The position numbers and the translations under genes were made by a program. Source: an uncultured Verrucomicrobiae bacterium (lineage in GTDB: Bacteria; Verrucomicrobiota; Verrucomicrobiia; Limisphaerales; Palsa-1400). From it: a stretch of 64,000 nt of DNA. The stretch is from contig CAVPOM010000005.1 of NCBI GenBank assembly GCA_963707025.1, positions 96,001 through 160,000 on the forward strand, read 5' to 3'. The notes beneath the pieces were generated by a model, which was not told the origin of the DNA, made no database searches, and saw only the letters and a list, made by a program, of their open reading frames with translations. Numbering within the stretch: the first letter of the stretch is position 1; each line of letters begins with the position of its first letter. This document shows, piece by piece, positions 54,548 through 63,608 of this stretch.

Positions 54548-55617
54548 TTAATCGAACTCCAGCTTATCGGCTTCCGAACCTAGAAATGTCCATTTGCCGT
54601 CCTGCGCCTGCGGCGGTTGTGACAGCTTTAGAAGGTTGTTCCATGCGAAGCGGATTCGTGCGATTTTGTCTTTTCGCTCCGACAAAACCGTATTTAGATT
54701 TGTCAGGTCCAGCGTGACTTGGGTGACGTCACGCAGCTCTTCATCGCGGATTTCACCATCCCCACTCGCGCTCGGTTTGCCCACGTCCACACCGCCATTC
54801 TTGCCACGCTTGAGGTCTAAGAATCGGTCAGAAACGTCCAATATAGTGCTTTGAATTCGCATCGTTATATTCCACCGATCGGAGCAGAAGAGGCCGCTGC
54901 CCCATCTTGGACCGGGTGATCAGGCTCTTCGTGCCATACCAAATCGCCTCATAGAGCTTTTCCTCATCGCGGCTAGTGAGCATCGTGGCTTCGGCCGCTT
55001 TCTGGTTCACGATTCCATAAATGGCGATCAACCCATACGGCAGTACCGTACTCCTCACGAAACGTCTTCTGTTGCGCGCCTTGCCCGGAGGCGAACGCCC
55101 CCGTTCCTTTGATGAACCTCGGCTCAACGCGATGCAGCGATGTTCCCATGGCGAACTGGGCCGCGCCGGTTAGCGTGACGCTTGAGTCCTTCTCGCCCTC
55201 CTTGAGCTTCGAGACCGGTATCGTGCCGCCGAAAAGACGGACATCAATGCACTGCGCGATGACGCCCGCTTTAATGAGATCACGCTTTTGGAGGACGCTC
55301 TTCGCGTTCGCTTTCGCCTCTTTAGAGAGTTGGCTGAAAAAATCCTCTGACCGGTCCTTGCCGTCCTGTATCGTCCCGTCCTCCTTTTCGATCTGGCGGC
55401 AAAAGATTTCCTCTCCGCCATAAGCCCGCAAGTAGTCGCGGATCGTCCGTTTCAAACGGACATCGGACACCTTGGCTCTTCCGGATTCCAAATCCATTCT
55501 CGGCCGGTTCTCGTCATTCGGATCGCCATTCGGATTTGCGTCGGCGATGTCGTACACAAATAGGATCTCAGTGCGTGTCGTGATGTGTCCTGGTTCCTCT
55601 GCTGTTGTTGCATTCAT
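54548..55617 (-). CDS. cas7: Type I-B Cas7 (Csh2-like), two frameshifts
   Basis: EILFVYD..DANPNGDP.DENRPR, VSDVRLKRTIRDYL, CIDVRLFG, KGTGAFAS, YGLI..YG.VN, TRSK.GQ.P. Confidence 0.88.
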
Positions 55618-55634
55618 GATGTTTGATTCTCCGT

Positions 55635-57566
55635 TCACTGGGGTTGGCTGGTTGGGTTTTCGTCAGCATCCTTCGCGAAACGTGGCCGCAAAGCATGGCC
55701 CAACGTAAAGAAATAGGAAATCTCATCTGGCGAGAGCGGCCACTGGTCTGGTGTCGCTGCAAGGGCGGCCGCGGCACACTCCAATAAGCCGCTTACTTTT
55801 CGCTCCTGCTCAATTCCGTATGCCTTTGCCTTGTCCATAGCCGCGACAAACAGACCCTGCACATCCGAGCGATCTATGCGAAACCCCTTCAGTTTTCCCG
55901 AAAAAGGAGTCGCGCCTCGCATGTGCGCCTGTATTTGTTCAATCCGGCTGCAACATGCACCCACTAGGAATGCCGCTTGCGGCGCGGGATCAGTTCGCAG
56001 CTTTCCCGACGCTTGGTCGAGGACCTTGCGCACTCGGTTGGCTTGGTCAGAATCACCATAATCAACTTGCATATTTTGTTCTCTCCTCTCTGTATCTGGG
56101 TTGGTCAATGTTTCGAAAAACAAAATTGTGCGAAACAAATCTGCGAGACGAAACTGCCACGCCTTGCCTGCCCGATAGTCGTCCTGAACCCATCGCATAC
56201 CGACTTGAAGCAGCCGACGGGTCGAAAACTCCCGCAGTTCCAAGGCTGCCCGTGTGGCGGCCAAGAAATCGTTATCAAAATTGCTGCCTCCATGGGCGGC
56301 TGGGAATACGTTGCGGAGAGAACCGAAGGTGAATTGGCCGTTCGCGAATGAACCCGGGCTTGATGCATTGAGCCATGGATGGCGATCCACGCGGCTTTTG
56401 GCTTCAAATAGCTCTCGGAACCGAGTCGGCAAAAGCCCGGAGACATATAACGCAGGACGGAACGACTGTGGATCCGGTTGATAAAACAGCAAGTCCACTT
56501 GCAGTAGATTCTTCTCTTGCGACACAACGTAAAACAACTCGTCCTCGGCCGCGGTCAACCGTGCCTGTGCAGTCTTGTTGATCCGCGCATTTATCAGACG
56601 GTCCAAGAACTGGTACGCCATCGTTGGCGTAGGCAGTACAGGTGATGGCAAGAGCAGATACTTGAAACCGTAGTAATCAAAATTCAACTCTTTCTTCACG
56701 CGCTCCCCTGCGAAATCCACTTTGTCGCAGCATTCCCTACAGGCTGGGAAGTTGCGCCAAGCCCCGGATGGATCAAACCCGCCTGACACCGAGCCTGGCT
56801 TGTCCAACGTGTAGAGCTTGAATTGCTGGATTTGCAGTAGGCCCGAAACTTCCGTGTTCGTCTTCCCGCAGATACTGCATTGCCCAATTCCCTGCACTGC
56901 GCCCTTGATGCCCTTCTTCGTTGTCGCGGACTCCTTCCCGGACCGCACCAAGGACTGCTGAAACGTGTCGAAGTCGCCGACGTGTCTTAACGGCTCCTTT
57001 TCTTCCTGCCACGCAACCGAAATAATTGCGGGTTGGGAAACAATCGATTTCTTTTTCGCCACAGGGGGGTTGTACCGTTGGATCTGATCGCGTAGCGCCA
57101 CACGCTTTGCCGTGCTTGATTCGTCATTTGCATTTGCCGAATCCAACCACTCTCGAATCTTTCCAAGCGTCTTGGTCTCTGGTCCAGGGAGATTTACGCC
57201 TCTATCAACCGCATCCCGAATGCTTTCCGACAAACGGACCAGTTTCTTTCTGATTTCCTCTAATAGTGCTGCTTGATACTTCGCGTCGGTATCTCCTTTT
57301 GCGGCCCGCAATCCGGATGTTGGCGTCGCATCCCAACCGTTCGGCGGCCCTTCCCGGTAGAGGTAGGCTCGGCGTTTAACTGGATCGCATTCCTCGACCT
57401 GAATCCGCTGGAAGCCTTTGCCGGAGAAAATCAACAGGAGCACAGTTTTTGTCCGGAATTTCGCCACCGGGTCACGCATATATTGCGCAACCGGGTCGCC
57501 AGCCCCTTTTCCGAGTCCTTCCCGATCCCGGTAAAACGCCCCGAGTTCGGCAAACTGATGGATCAT
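55635..57566 (-). CDS. cas8b: Type I-B large subunit Cas8b (Csh1/TM1802-like)
   Basis: CSICG...YTLDKPG...W.NFP.CREC zinc finger, FLVG......Q....PF..KL.G, E.SYFF.LG; first full gene of the operon, with a GGAGG RBS. Confidence 0.8.
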   Translation of the reverse strand: MIHQFAELGAFYRDREGLGKGAGDPVAQYMRDPVAKFRTKTVLLLIFSGKGFQRIQVEECDPVKRRAYLYREGPPNGWDATPTSGLRAAKGDTDAKYQAALLEEIRKKLVRLSESIRDAVDRGVNLPGPETKTLGKIREWLDSANANDESSTAKRVALRDQIQRYNPPVAKKKSIVSQPAIISVAWQEEKEPLRHVGDFDTFQQSLVRSGKESATTKKGIKGAVQGIGQCSICGKTNTEVSGLLQIQQFKLYTLDKPGSVSGGFDPSGAWRNFPACRECCDKVDFAGERVKKELNFDYYGFKYLLLPSPVLPTPTMAYQFLDRLINARINKTAQARLTAAEDELFYVVSQEKNLLQVDLLFYQPDPQSFRPALYVSGLLPTRFRELFEAKSRVDRHPWLNASSPGSFANGQFTFGSLRNVFPAAHGGSNFDNDFLAATRAALELREFSTRRLLQVGMRWVQDDYRAGKAWQFRLADLFRTILFFETLTNPDTERREQNMQVDYGDSDQANRVRKVLDQASGKLRTDPAPQAAFLVGACCSRIEQIQAHMRGATPFSGKLKGFRIDRSDVQGLFVAAMDKAKAYGIEQERKVSGLLECAAAALAATPDQWPLSPDEISYFFTLGHALRPRFAKDADENPTSQPQ

Positions 57567-57673
57567 CTTGACCGCCTCCCTTTCTCAGCACACACAATAA
57601 GCCTTCGTTGGCAGCCGAGTTGCTCATGGCCTGTCGCGCCATCGAAAAAACGGTCGAAGCCCGGCGAGTTCAT
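57563..57673 (-). pseudogene. 36-aa ORF resembling the N-terminus of type I-G Cas3
   Basis: Manual translation MNSPGFDRFFDGATGHEQLGCQRRLIVCAEKGRRSR*; stop overlaps the cas8b ATG. Confidence 0.5.
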
Positions 57674-57936
57674 CGCTCACCGCCTTCCCCGACTTCACTC
57701 TCAAGATGTCCGATCCTGAATTGCATGAAATCACCTTATTCGCGCCAAAGTGGGACCCGCATTGGGTCATTTCCCGGCGTGGTTTTATCCTTGTATCAGA
57801 ACGACTTGCGGAATGCGAGCATAAAAATGACGGTTTGCAGCATTATTCAAGAGACGCTGATTTGCCGCACGGTTCATGCATCATTCCAGAGGTGGCGCTT
57901 GCCGTTCTTGGCCACAAGTTTCAAAATCAGCGCACG

Positions 57937-60123
57937 GTGCAAAACACAGCCACACCACTGCCGGAGAGCCTTTCGGGGCTGATCGAGCGCGTCACGTTTT
58001 TCGACGAGGACGGCGGATTCGGTGTGCTCAAGGTCAAAGCCCAGGGGCACCGTGACCTGGTGACCGTGGTCGGCTCCCTGCCGTCCGTCAGCGCCGGGGA
58101 ATGGCTCACGGCCCAGGGCCGCTGGGTTCAGGACCGGGAATATGGGCAGCAGTTCCGGGCCGAGATGCTGACCAGCACGCCGCCGACCAGCAAGGAAGGC
58201 ATCGAGAAATACCTGGGCAGCGGCATGGTTAAGGGCATCGGGCCCGTTTACGCCAAGAAGCTCGTGGACAGATTTGGCGAGGGTGTTTTTGACATTATTG
58301 AGAAGGCGTCTGCCCGCCTGGAGGAGGTGGACGGTATCGGCCCAAAGCGCCGGAAACGAATCAAAGCGGCCTGGGACGAACAAAAGGTCGTCCGGGACAT
58401 CATGCTTTTCCTCCACTCCAACGGCGTCAGCACCAGCCGGGCCGTGCGCATTTACAGGACGTATGGCGAGGCCGCCATTGAGAAGGTCCGCAACGACCCG
58501 TACCGACTGGCCAAGGACATTCACGGCATTGGTTTCAAGACTGCCGACCAAATTGCGCGGAAGGTAGGCATCCCGGTAGATTCGCTGGTCCGCGCCTGCG
58601 CCGGATTAAACCACGTTTTGCTGGAGGCAACCGGTGACGGCCATTGTGCCCTGCCGGTGGAACTGCTCAAGGACAAGGCCGGAAAGCTCCTGTTGGTGGA
58701 GGAGAAGATCGTGGCCGACGCTTTGGAGCGCACGGTGGCCAGCAACGATCTGGTCAAGGAAACGATCAACGGGCAGGAGTTGGTTTTCCTGCCGCACCTG
58801 AAACGGGCGGAGGAAATAGTCGCGGACAGGATCAGGAGTCTCGCCAGATCGCCTTCATCCTTCCCACCAATTGACTTCGAGAAGGCGGTCGTGTGGTGTC
58901 AGCAGAAAACCGGCAAGGAGCTTGCCCCAAGCCAGCGGGATGCGCTCAAGCTGGCCCTGACGAGTCGAGCCTTGGTCATTACGGGCGGGCCGGGGACTGG
59001 CAAAACGACCCTCCTTAACTCCATTCTGCTGATTCTGCGGGCAAAGAAAGTGCGGTGTTTGCTCTGCGCGCCCACGGGCCGGGCGGCCAAACGACTTTCC
59101 GAGGCGACCGGCGTGGAGGCCAAGACGATCCACAGGCTGCTTGAAGTCCAGTCCGCCGCAGGCCGTTTTGCCCGAAACGAGGCTAATCCTCTGGACTGTG
59201 ATGCCCTTGTTGCGGACGAGGTCTCTATGATTGACGTTGTTCTCATGGCGAATCTGCTCCGTGCCTTGCCGGCGAAGGCCAGCCTGCTGCTGGTGGGCGA
59301 CATCGACCAATTGCCTTCCGTGGGGCCTGGCATGGTATTGCGGCATGTGATCGAAAGCAAAGTCGTGCCGGTAGTGCGGTTGACCGAGGTCTTCAGACAG
59401 GTGGCCCACAGCCGGATCATCGCCACCGCCCACCGAATAAATGGAGGACGGATGCCGGAGGTTCCCGGCAAGGAAACCGATTCTGATTTCTATTTCATCG
59501 ACCGAGCGGAGCCGGGGCAGATTGCGGACACGCTGGTCGAGATGGTCAAGACGCGCATCCCGGCCAAATTCCGGCTTGACGCTATTCGGGACATCCAGGT
59601 GCTCTGCCCGATGAACCGGGGATCACTGGGAGTCCGCGAATTGAATGTCCGGCTCCAGAATGAACTCAATCCTGCCCGCGCCGATGAGCCGGTCGTGGAG
59701 AAATTCGGCTGGCATTTCCGTCCCCGGGACAAAGTAATCCAGACCGAGAACGATTATGACAAAGACGTGTTCAATGGCGACATTGGGCAGGTCGTGAAGA
59801 TCGACCCAGTTGAACGGGATGTCACAATCCGGTTCGACCAGCGGGAGGTGGTTTACGATTTCGGAGAACTTGATGAAGTCTCGCTTGCCTACGCCATCAC
59901 CATTCATAAATCGCAAGGATCGGAGTTCCCGGCCGTGGTCATCCCGTTGGCAACGCAGCAATACCTGCTTTTGCAGCGCAACCTCGTTTACACGGGGATT
60001 ACCCGGGGCAAGAAGCTGGTCGTGCTCATCGGTCAGCGAAAGGCGCTGGGGATGGCGGTGCGAAATAACCGGACGGAAAATCGGTTCTCTGGACTGCTGG
60101 CGCGCCTACTCACACCGGGCTAA
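57937..60123 (+). CDS. recD2: RecD2 ATP-dependent helicase
   Basis: ESLSG.IERVTF, YLGSG.VKGIGP, NDPY.LA.DI.GIGF, GGPGTGKT, APTGRAAKR, DEVSM, AYAITIHKSQGSE. Confidence 0.93.
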   Translation: MQNTATPLPESLSGLIERVTFFDEDGGFGVLKVKAQGHRDLVTVVGSLPSVSAGEWLTAQGRWVQDREYGQQFRAEMLTSTPPTSKEGIEKYLGSGMVKGIGPVYAKKLVDRFGEGVFDIIEKASARLEEVDGIGPKRRKRIKAAWDEQKVVRDIMLFLHSNGVSTSRAVRIYRTYGEAAIEKVRNDPYRLAKDIHGIGFKTADQIARKVGIPVDSLVRACAGLNHVLLEATGDGHCALPVELLKDKAGKLLLVEEKIVADALERTVASNDLVKETINGQELVFLPHLKRAEEIVADRIRSLARSPSSFPPIDFEKAVVWCQQKTGKELAPSQRDALKLALTSRALVITGGPGTGKTTLLNSILLILRAKKVRCLLCAPTGRAAKRLSEATGVEAKTIHRLLEVQSAAGRFARNEANPLDCDALVADEVSMIDVVLMANLLRALPAKASLLLVGDIDQLPSVGPGMVLRHVIESKVVPVVRLTEVFRQVAHSRIIATAHRINGGRMPEVPGKETDSDFYFIDRAEPGQIADTLVEMVKTRIPAKFRLDAIRDIQVLCPMNRGSLGVRELNVRLQNELNPARADEPVVEKFGWHFRPRDKVIQTENDYDKDVFNGDIGQVVKIDPVERDVTIRFDQREVVYDFGELDEVSLAYAITIHKSQGSEFPAVVIPLATQQYLLLQRNLVYTGITRGKKLVVLIGQRKALGMAVRNNRTENRFSGLLARLLTPG

Positions 60124-60485
60124 TGCCCGCCAGTGACCGTGTAACCGGCCCGGCGCAAATCCTCCGCCAAGTCCTTTTCCATCTGCGTGGCAGCCTCATA
60201 CGGCATCGGGTTCAGGTGCTCATACAATTCCGGCAGAAGGCGGAGGCCGTAGCGTTTGACCACCGCGGCTGCTTTGGTTCCCGCCTTATGGTTGGCGAAA
60301 CGTTCCTCCGGGGTCAGCCCTGTCATCCCAACGTAGATGCAGGTTTTCTTGGGATTGCGCTTCGGGTTTTCGGCACGAACTTTTCGCATTTTGCAGACCG
60401 CCGGCTCAAGCAGCACGACGTAAACATTGTGATGGTGCTCCGGCAGTTGGCCGGGGCGGAGTCGCTTGAGCGTTCGACGCTTCAT
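60120..60485 (-). CDS. GIY-YIG-like nuclease domain protein
   Basis: NVYVV...IYVGMT....ERF.NH..G and a helix carrying E. Confidence 0.65.
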   Translation of the reverse strand: MKRRTLKRLRPGQLPEHHHNVYVVLLEPAVCKMRKVRAENPKRNPKKTCIYVGMTGLTPEERFANHKAGTKAAAVVKRYGLRLLPELYEHLNPMPYEAATQMEKDLAEDLRRAGYTVTGGH

Positions 60486-60557
60486 TCGGCATCCATCGGG
60501 AAATCTGGTTCGTCGTCATCCAACCTAAATTAATTCCGTCCACCATAAGCACGGCAA

Positions 60558-61007
60558 TCAATCGCTGTTCCGCCAAGTAAGCAAAACGTCGCCCCGGAAC
60601 CCAACTATACCCAAACACAGGTACGTGGGGCCGGTCAAGGTCATCCATATCCACGCCTCCTGGCTTTGTTGCATCCGATCCCGATTCACTTTGAATGGAA
60701 CTCCTTTGCGCTGATTTCTGCATGCATCGCTGACCCAGGCTTCGATCAAATCGGCCGTCTCAGCGTCTATCTCACTATCACACCAGCCACCCCACTTCGG
60801 CCCGGTGAAGTGGCGTTCAAGACATTCTGTGCTCCACCGTATTGGGACAAACACCCCCTCCATGCCATGATCATTGCACGCATGACCGCCAACTTGGTTG
60901 TAAATCCACACCCCCGATTTGCAGGGCACAATTAAGCCCGCGCCATGGTATCCGAGCAGGTCAATTTTGGGCAAATGTTCCTCGTTTTCAAAAATGTTCT
61001 CGTCCAT
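60558..61007 (-). CDS. DUF6210-like hypothetical protein
   Basis: GLIV...SGV...NQVGG.AC....EGVFVPI...SQEAW...LTW.NSD. Confidence 0.6.
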   Translation of the reverse strand: MDENIFENEEHLPKIDLLGYHGAGLIVPCKSGVWIYNQVGGHACNDHGMEGVFVPIRWSTECLERHFTGPKWGGWCDSEIDAETADLIEAWVSDACRNQRKGVPFKVNRDRMQQSQEAWIWMTLTGPTYLCLGIVGFRGDVLLTWRNSD

Positions 61008-61119
61008 ACGTCAAATAAATCTGGTTGGTTCTGCTTCCATCAGCTTTCGGCGCGCGGTGATTCCCTGGCCCTGGCCAACCGATTATCAGCCTCGGGAATT
61101 GCCTCACGCTTTTTTATTT

Positions 61120-61323
61120 TCACCATAGCCATACGACGAGGGAATACAGGCCACCCATCAAGATCGCCCACCCGGCCAGACCGATGGCATAGCCTTTCCA
61201 GGTTGTGCCCCAAACGCGCCAGTGGTCCAGCGAATGAACATCCCAATATCGAAACAGGTGGGGATCGAAATGGGCGGTCACCCGCACCAATAAAATGAAC
61301 GGCAAGAGGACAATGATTTTCAT
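61120..61323 (-). CDS. Small membrane protein
   Basis: 67 aa with two hydrophobic stretches, in a run of - strand genes. Confidence 0.35.
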   Translation of the reverse strand: MKIIVLLPFILLVRVTAHFDPHLFRYWDVHSLDHWRVWGTTWKGYAIGLAGWAILMGGLYSLVVWLW

Positions 61324-61326
61324 GCG

Positions 61327-61731
61327 TCAAGAAGGCTCCCCCGATTCCAGTTCGTAGAGCATTCGGCTCACTTGCTCCTCCGTCATCCCGTTCAATCTCC
61401 GCCGCATGGCTTCGGCAATGCTCTCTCCTCGGTTCCGCTGTATTTTCCCAGCGTCCAAAAGTGCTGCCAGCCGTTGCAAGGCGCGAGACCGAAAGTCCTC
61501 TTCCGGGTCCGTGCCTGATTCGGGTTCAAGAAATGAACCGGTGACACCACCCGGGCCCCAGCCGAGATCCTCGTCGATCTCCGCCCCGCTCTGGCGTTCG
61601 AACTCCCAAGCGCCGCAAATAATGCGATCTGCCGTGAGCTGGGTCACCTTCAACCGCATCGGTTTCGGAATTCCCCCGAACCAGCGCAAGACAAAATCCC
61701 CAACTGCTATTTCTGCAAGTTTTTTGCTCAT
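61327..61731 (-). CDS. Hypothetical protein
   Basis: 134-aa ORF, WEF....GAEIDEDLGWGP. Confidence 0.55.
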   Translation of the reverse strand: MSKKLAEIAVGDFVLRWFGGIPKPMRLKVTQLTADRIICGAWEFERQSGAEIDEDLGWGPGGVTGSFLEPESGTDPEEDFRSRALQRLAALLDAGKIQRNRGESIAEAMRRRLNGMTEEQVSRMLYELESGEPS

Positions 61732-62641
61732 AATTCTTTCCCGATGCCGGATGACTGCTCAACCGCCGTGACGGCTGTAGGGGGCCCTTCGGGGCTGTGC
61801 TTTTTGCAAAACGTCCGAACAACCGCCGCCGCGCCTTGGCAACAACTTCCGGCGCAGAAATGTGGCATGGCCAAAACAGTCCCACCACTTCGCCCGCCCG
61901 GCGCAAATGGATGGCCGAACTGTCCCTGTGCCATGTGAACCTGACCGAATCCAGCAGTCGGACGGTGTGGTCATACAAGATCGCCGGGACGGCGGCGCCG
62001 TGACTGAACCAAACATAGTCCAGCAATCCGACGCGATGGTAAAACACAGGACGCACAGGACGACCCCGGCCTTTGGAGATTTCAGCCGTGAAAACCTCAT
62101 CTTTCTCCGTCGGCCTGAGACCTCTGGGCGGGTGTCCCAGCACCTGAACGACCGCGCCGGACATGTTGCGACCGCTCCCCCAGGCCGGGTTGTCCCGCAA
62201 GTCCACAGAGTAGGCTGGCTGGTTTTGCCAACGGCCCAGGCCGCAGCGCAATCGAACCCGCATTCTCTTCAGGGGACCAGAATTCATGGGGAGAAAGAGG
62301 TCCTCGTCCTCGCGATGGATCCGCGTCCACCAGACCGCGTCCCGCAGGACCCGGGCCATCGGTATCGAACCGGGTTTCCAAAAGGGACTCGGATCGCTCT
62401 CGTAGAGCACGTAGAAGTTCTCTCCCGCAGCGCGCGCTGCCTGCGTGAGCTTCTCCCCGTCCAACGTCAGGTCCAGGTCGGCCTGTTTGAGCACCCGGCC
62501 GCCGAGGCTACAAACCTGCGCGTTGAACACAACAAAGTGGCTACGGTGCCGCTTGTAATAGCCACTTTTTGAATTCGCGATCAGGCGTCCCTCGGCAAAA
62601 CCATGTTCCTGAAGGACGGCTATGATTTGGTTGTAGTGCAT
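61526..62641 (-). CDS. Hypothetical protein (true 3' end probably near 61730)
   Basis: GRLIA.SKSGY...VVFNA...DLDLT.D...YVLYE; the tail overlaps the next gene, suggesting an indel. Confidence 0.5.
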   Translation of the reverse strand: MHYNQIIAVLQEHGFAEGRLIANSKSGYYKRHRSHFVVFNAQVCSLGGRVLKQADLDLTLDGEKLTQAARAAGENFYVLYESDPSPFWKPGSIPMARVLRDAVWWTRIHREDEDLFLPMNSGPLKRMRVRLRCGLGRWQNQPAYSVDLRDNPAWGSGRNMSGAVVQVLGHPPRGLRPTEKDEVFTAEISKGRGRPVRPVFYHRVGLLDYVWFSHGAAVPAILYDHTVRLLDSVRFTWHRDSSAIHLRRAGEVVGLFWPCHISAPEVVAKARRRLFGRFAKSTAPKGPLQPSRRLSSHPASGKNYEQKTCRNSSWGFCLALVRGNSETDAVEGDPAHGRSHYLRRLGVRTPERGGDRRGSRLGPGWCHRFIS

Positions 62642-62759
62642 GGATTACGTATGGACCCAATTATTCCTCAAAATCTCACATAACGCCGTCACGGTGCTTC
62701 GTTCTTGAGGCCAAGGCCAGAAATGTTCAATCCATTGAACGGCCTTTTTTTCCAAAACC

Positions 62760-63608
62760 TCAATTCCCCGGGCGTTTGGCGCGCTGCACGCGCCGGCAAT
62801 TCACCAGGATACCCTCTGGAACGGATTGGGCGGTTGAAAGCGTCAGTACATGAATAGGGGTGGAGACCCTGGACTTCAGGTTACCCACGTTCAACGCCCC
62901 CTCTTCGGCGATGACGACGTGCTTGAACCCGGCGCAGCGCAACAGATCATCGCGAACCTCCGGCACGGAGGACCACACGCGGTTAAAAAACAAACGCGGC
63001 GCCCCCGAAGTCAGAATCCTGGGCCATATTCTCTGAGTGAGTCGGCGGGCATGATCCGGGCCCAGATCTCCATTGATGTAAATCAGCGATTCCACCGGCA
63101 CGAAAAGGTTGGAGCGATGGAGATCAATTCCCGCCGCCGCGGGAAGCTTTCCGTCCGCCCGGCTGGCGGCATGGGCCAGGGCGGTAAACACGAAGGTGCG
63201 TGAGAAATCCGTGCCGCCGGTGATGATGGTCAGACCCGCCTTCTGGTCCAGCAACTCCAGCAATTGGCCTGTTTTTCCACGGGCATGGGCCAGGCGCGGG
63301 TCATCCAAAGTCGGGTAAGCCCGACAGTGGGCCTCGATGAAAGAATGGCGTTCTGCAGGCGGCAATCGCTCCAACAGGCACAAAAAGCCGAGCACATGCG
63401 GGTGGTGAAAGATGTCGAACCAGTTGTAAGTGGTGCTCTTGGACCGGCCGAGCATTTTGGCCAATCGCTCGAAACTCATCGGGTGCCGATGCACCGCGGC
63501 AAGCCTGGAGCGCAAATCGCCGAAGATGTCGCGGGCCGAAAACGGATAGCCCGGAGCGGTCATAAATCCGTCCTCGAGAAGTCTTGTTTTCCGCGTTTGC
63601 TTGTTCAT
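62760..63608 (-). CDS. Hypothetical protein with N-terminal HTH and degenerate P-loop-like region
   Basis: MSFERLAKMLGRSKSTTYNW; GLTIITGGTDFSRT. Confidence 0.5.
   Translation of the reverse strand: MNKQTRKTRLLEDGFMTAPGYPFSARDIFGDLRSRLAAVHRHPMSFERLAKMLGRSKSTTYNWFDIFHHPHVLGFLCLLERLPPAERHSFIEAHCRAYPTLDDPRLAHARGKTGQLLELLDQKAGLTIITGGTDFSRTFVFTALAHAASRADGKLPAAAGIDLHRSNLFVPVESLIYINGDLGPDHARRLTQRIWPRILTSGAPRLFFNRVWSSVPEVRDDLLRCAGFKHVVIAEEGALNVGNLKSRVSTPIHVLTLSTAQSVPEGILVNCRRVQRAKRPGN

Noticed and set aside
54548..55617. Type I-C assignment from the NPNGDP Cas7 motif
   Set aside because: The motif is shared by Csd2 and Csh2; the Cas5 and Cas8 motifs and the cas8-7-5-3 order fit I-B.
42206..57566. 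CRISPR-associated transposon
   Set aside because: No tnsABC or tniQ, Cas3 is intact, and the IS1182 is an independent insertion with its own TIRs.
57706..57936. 77-aa N-terminal extension of RecD2
   Set aside because: Family similarity starts near the GTG at 57937; the upstream part is more likely the divergent promoter region.
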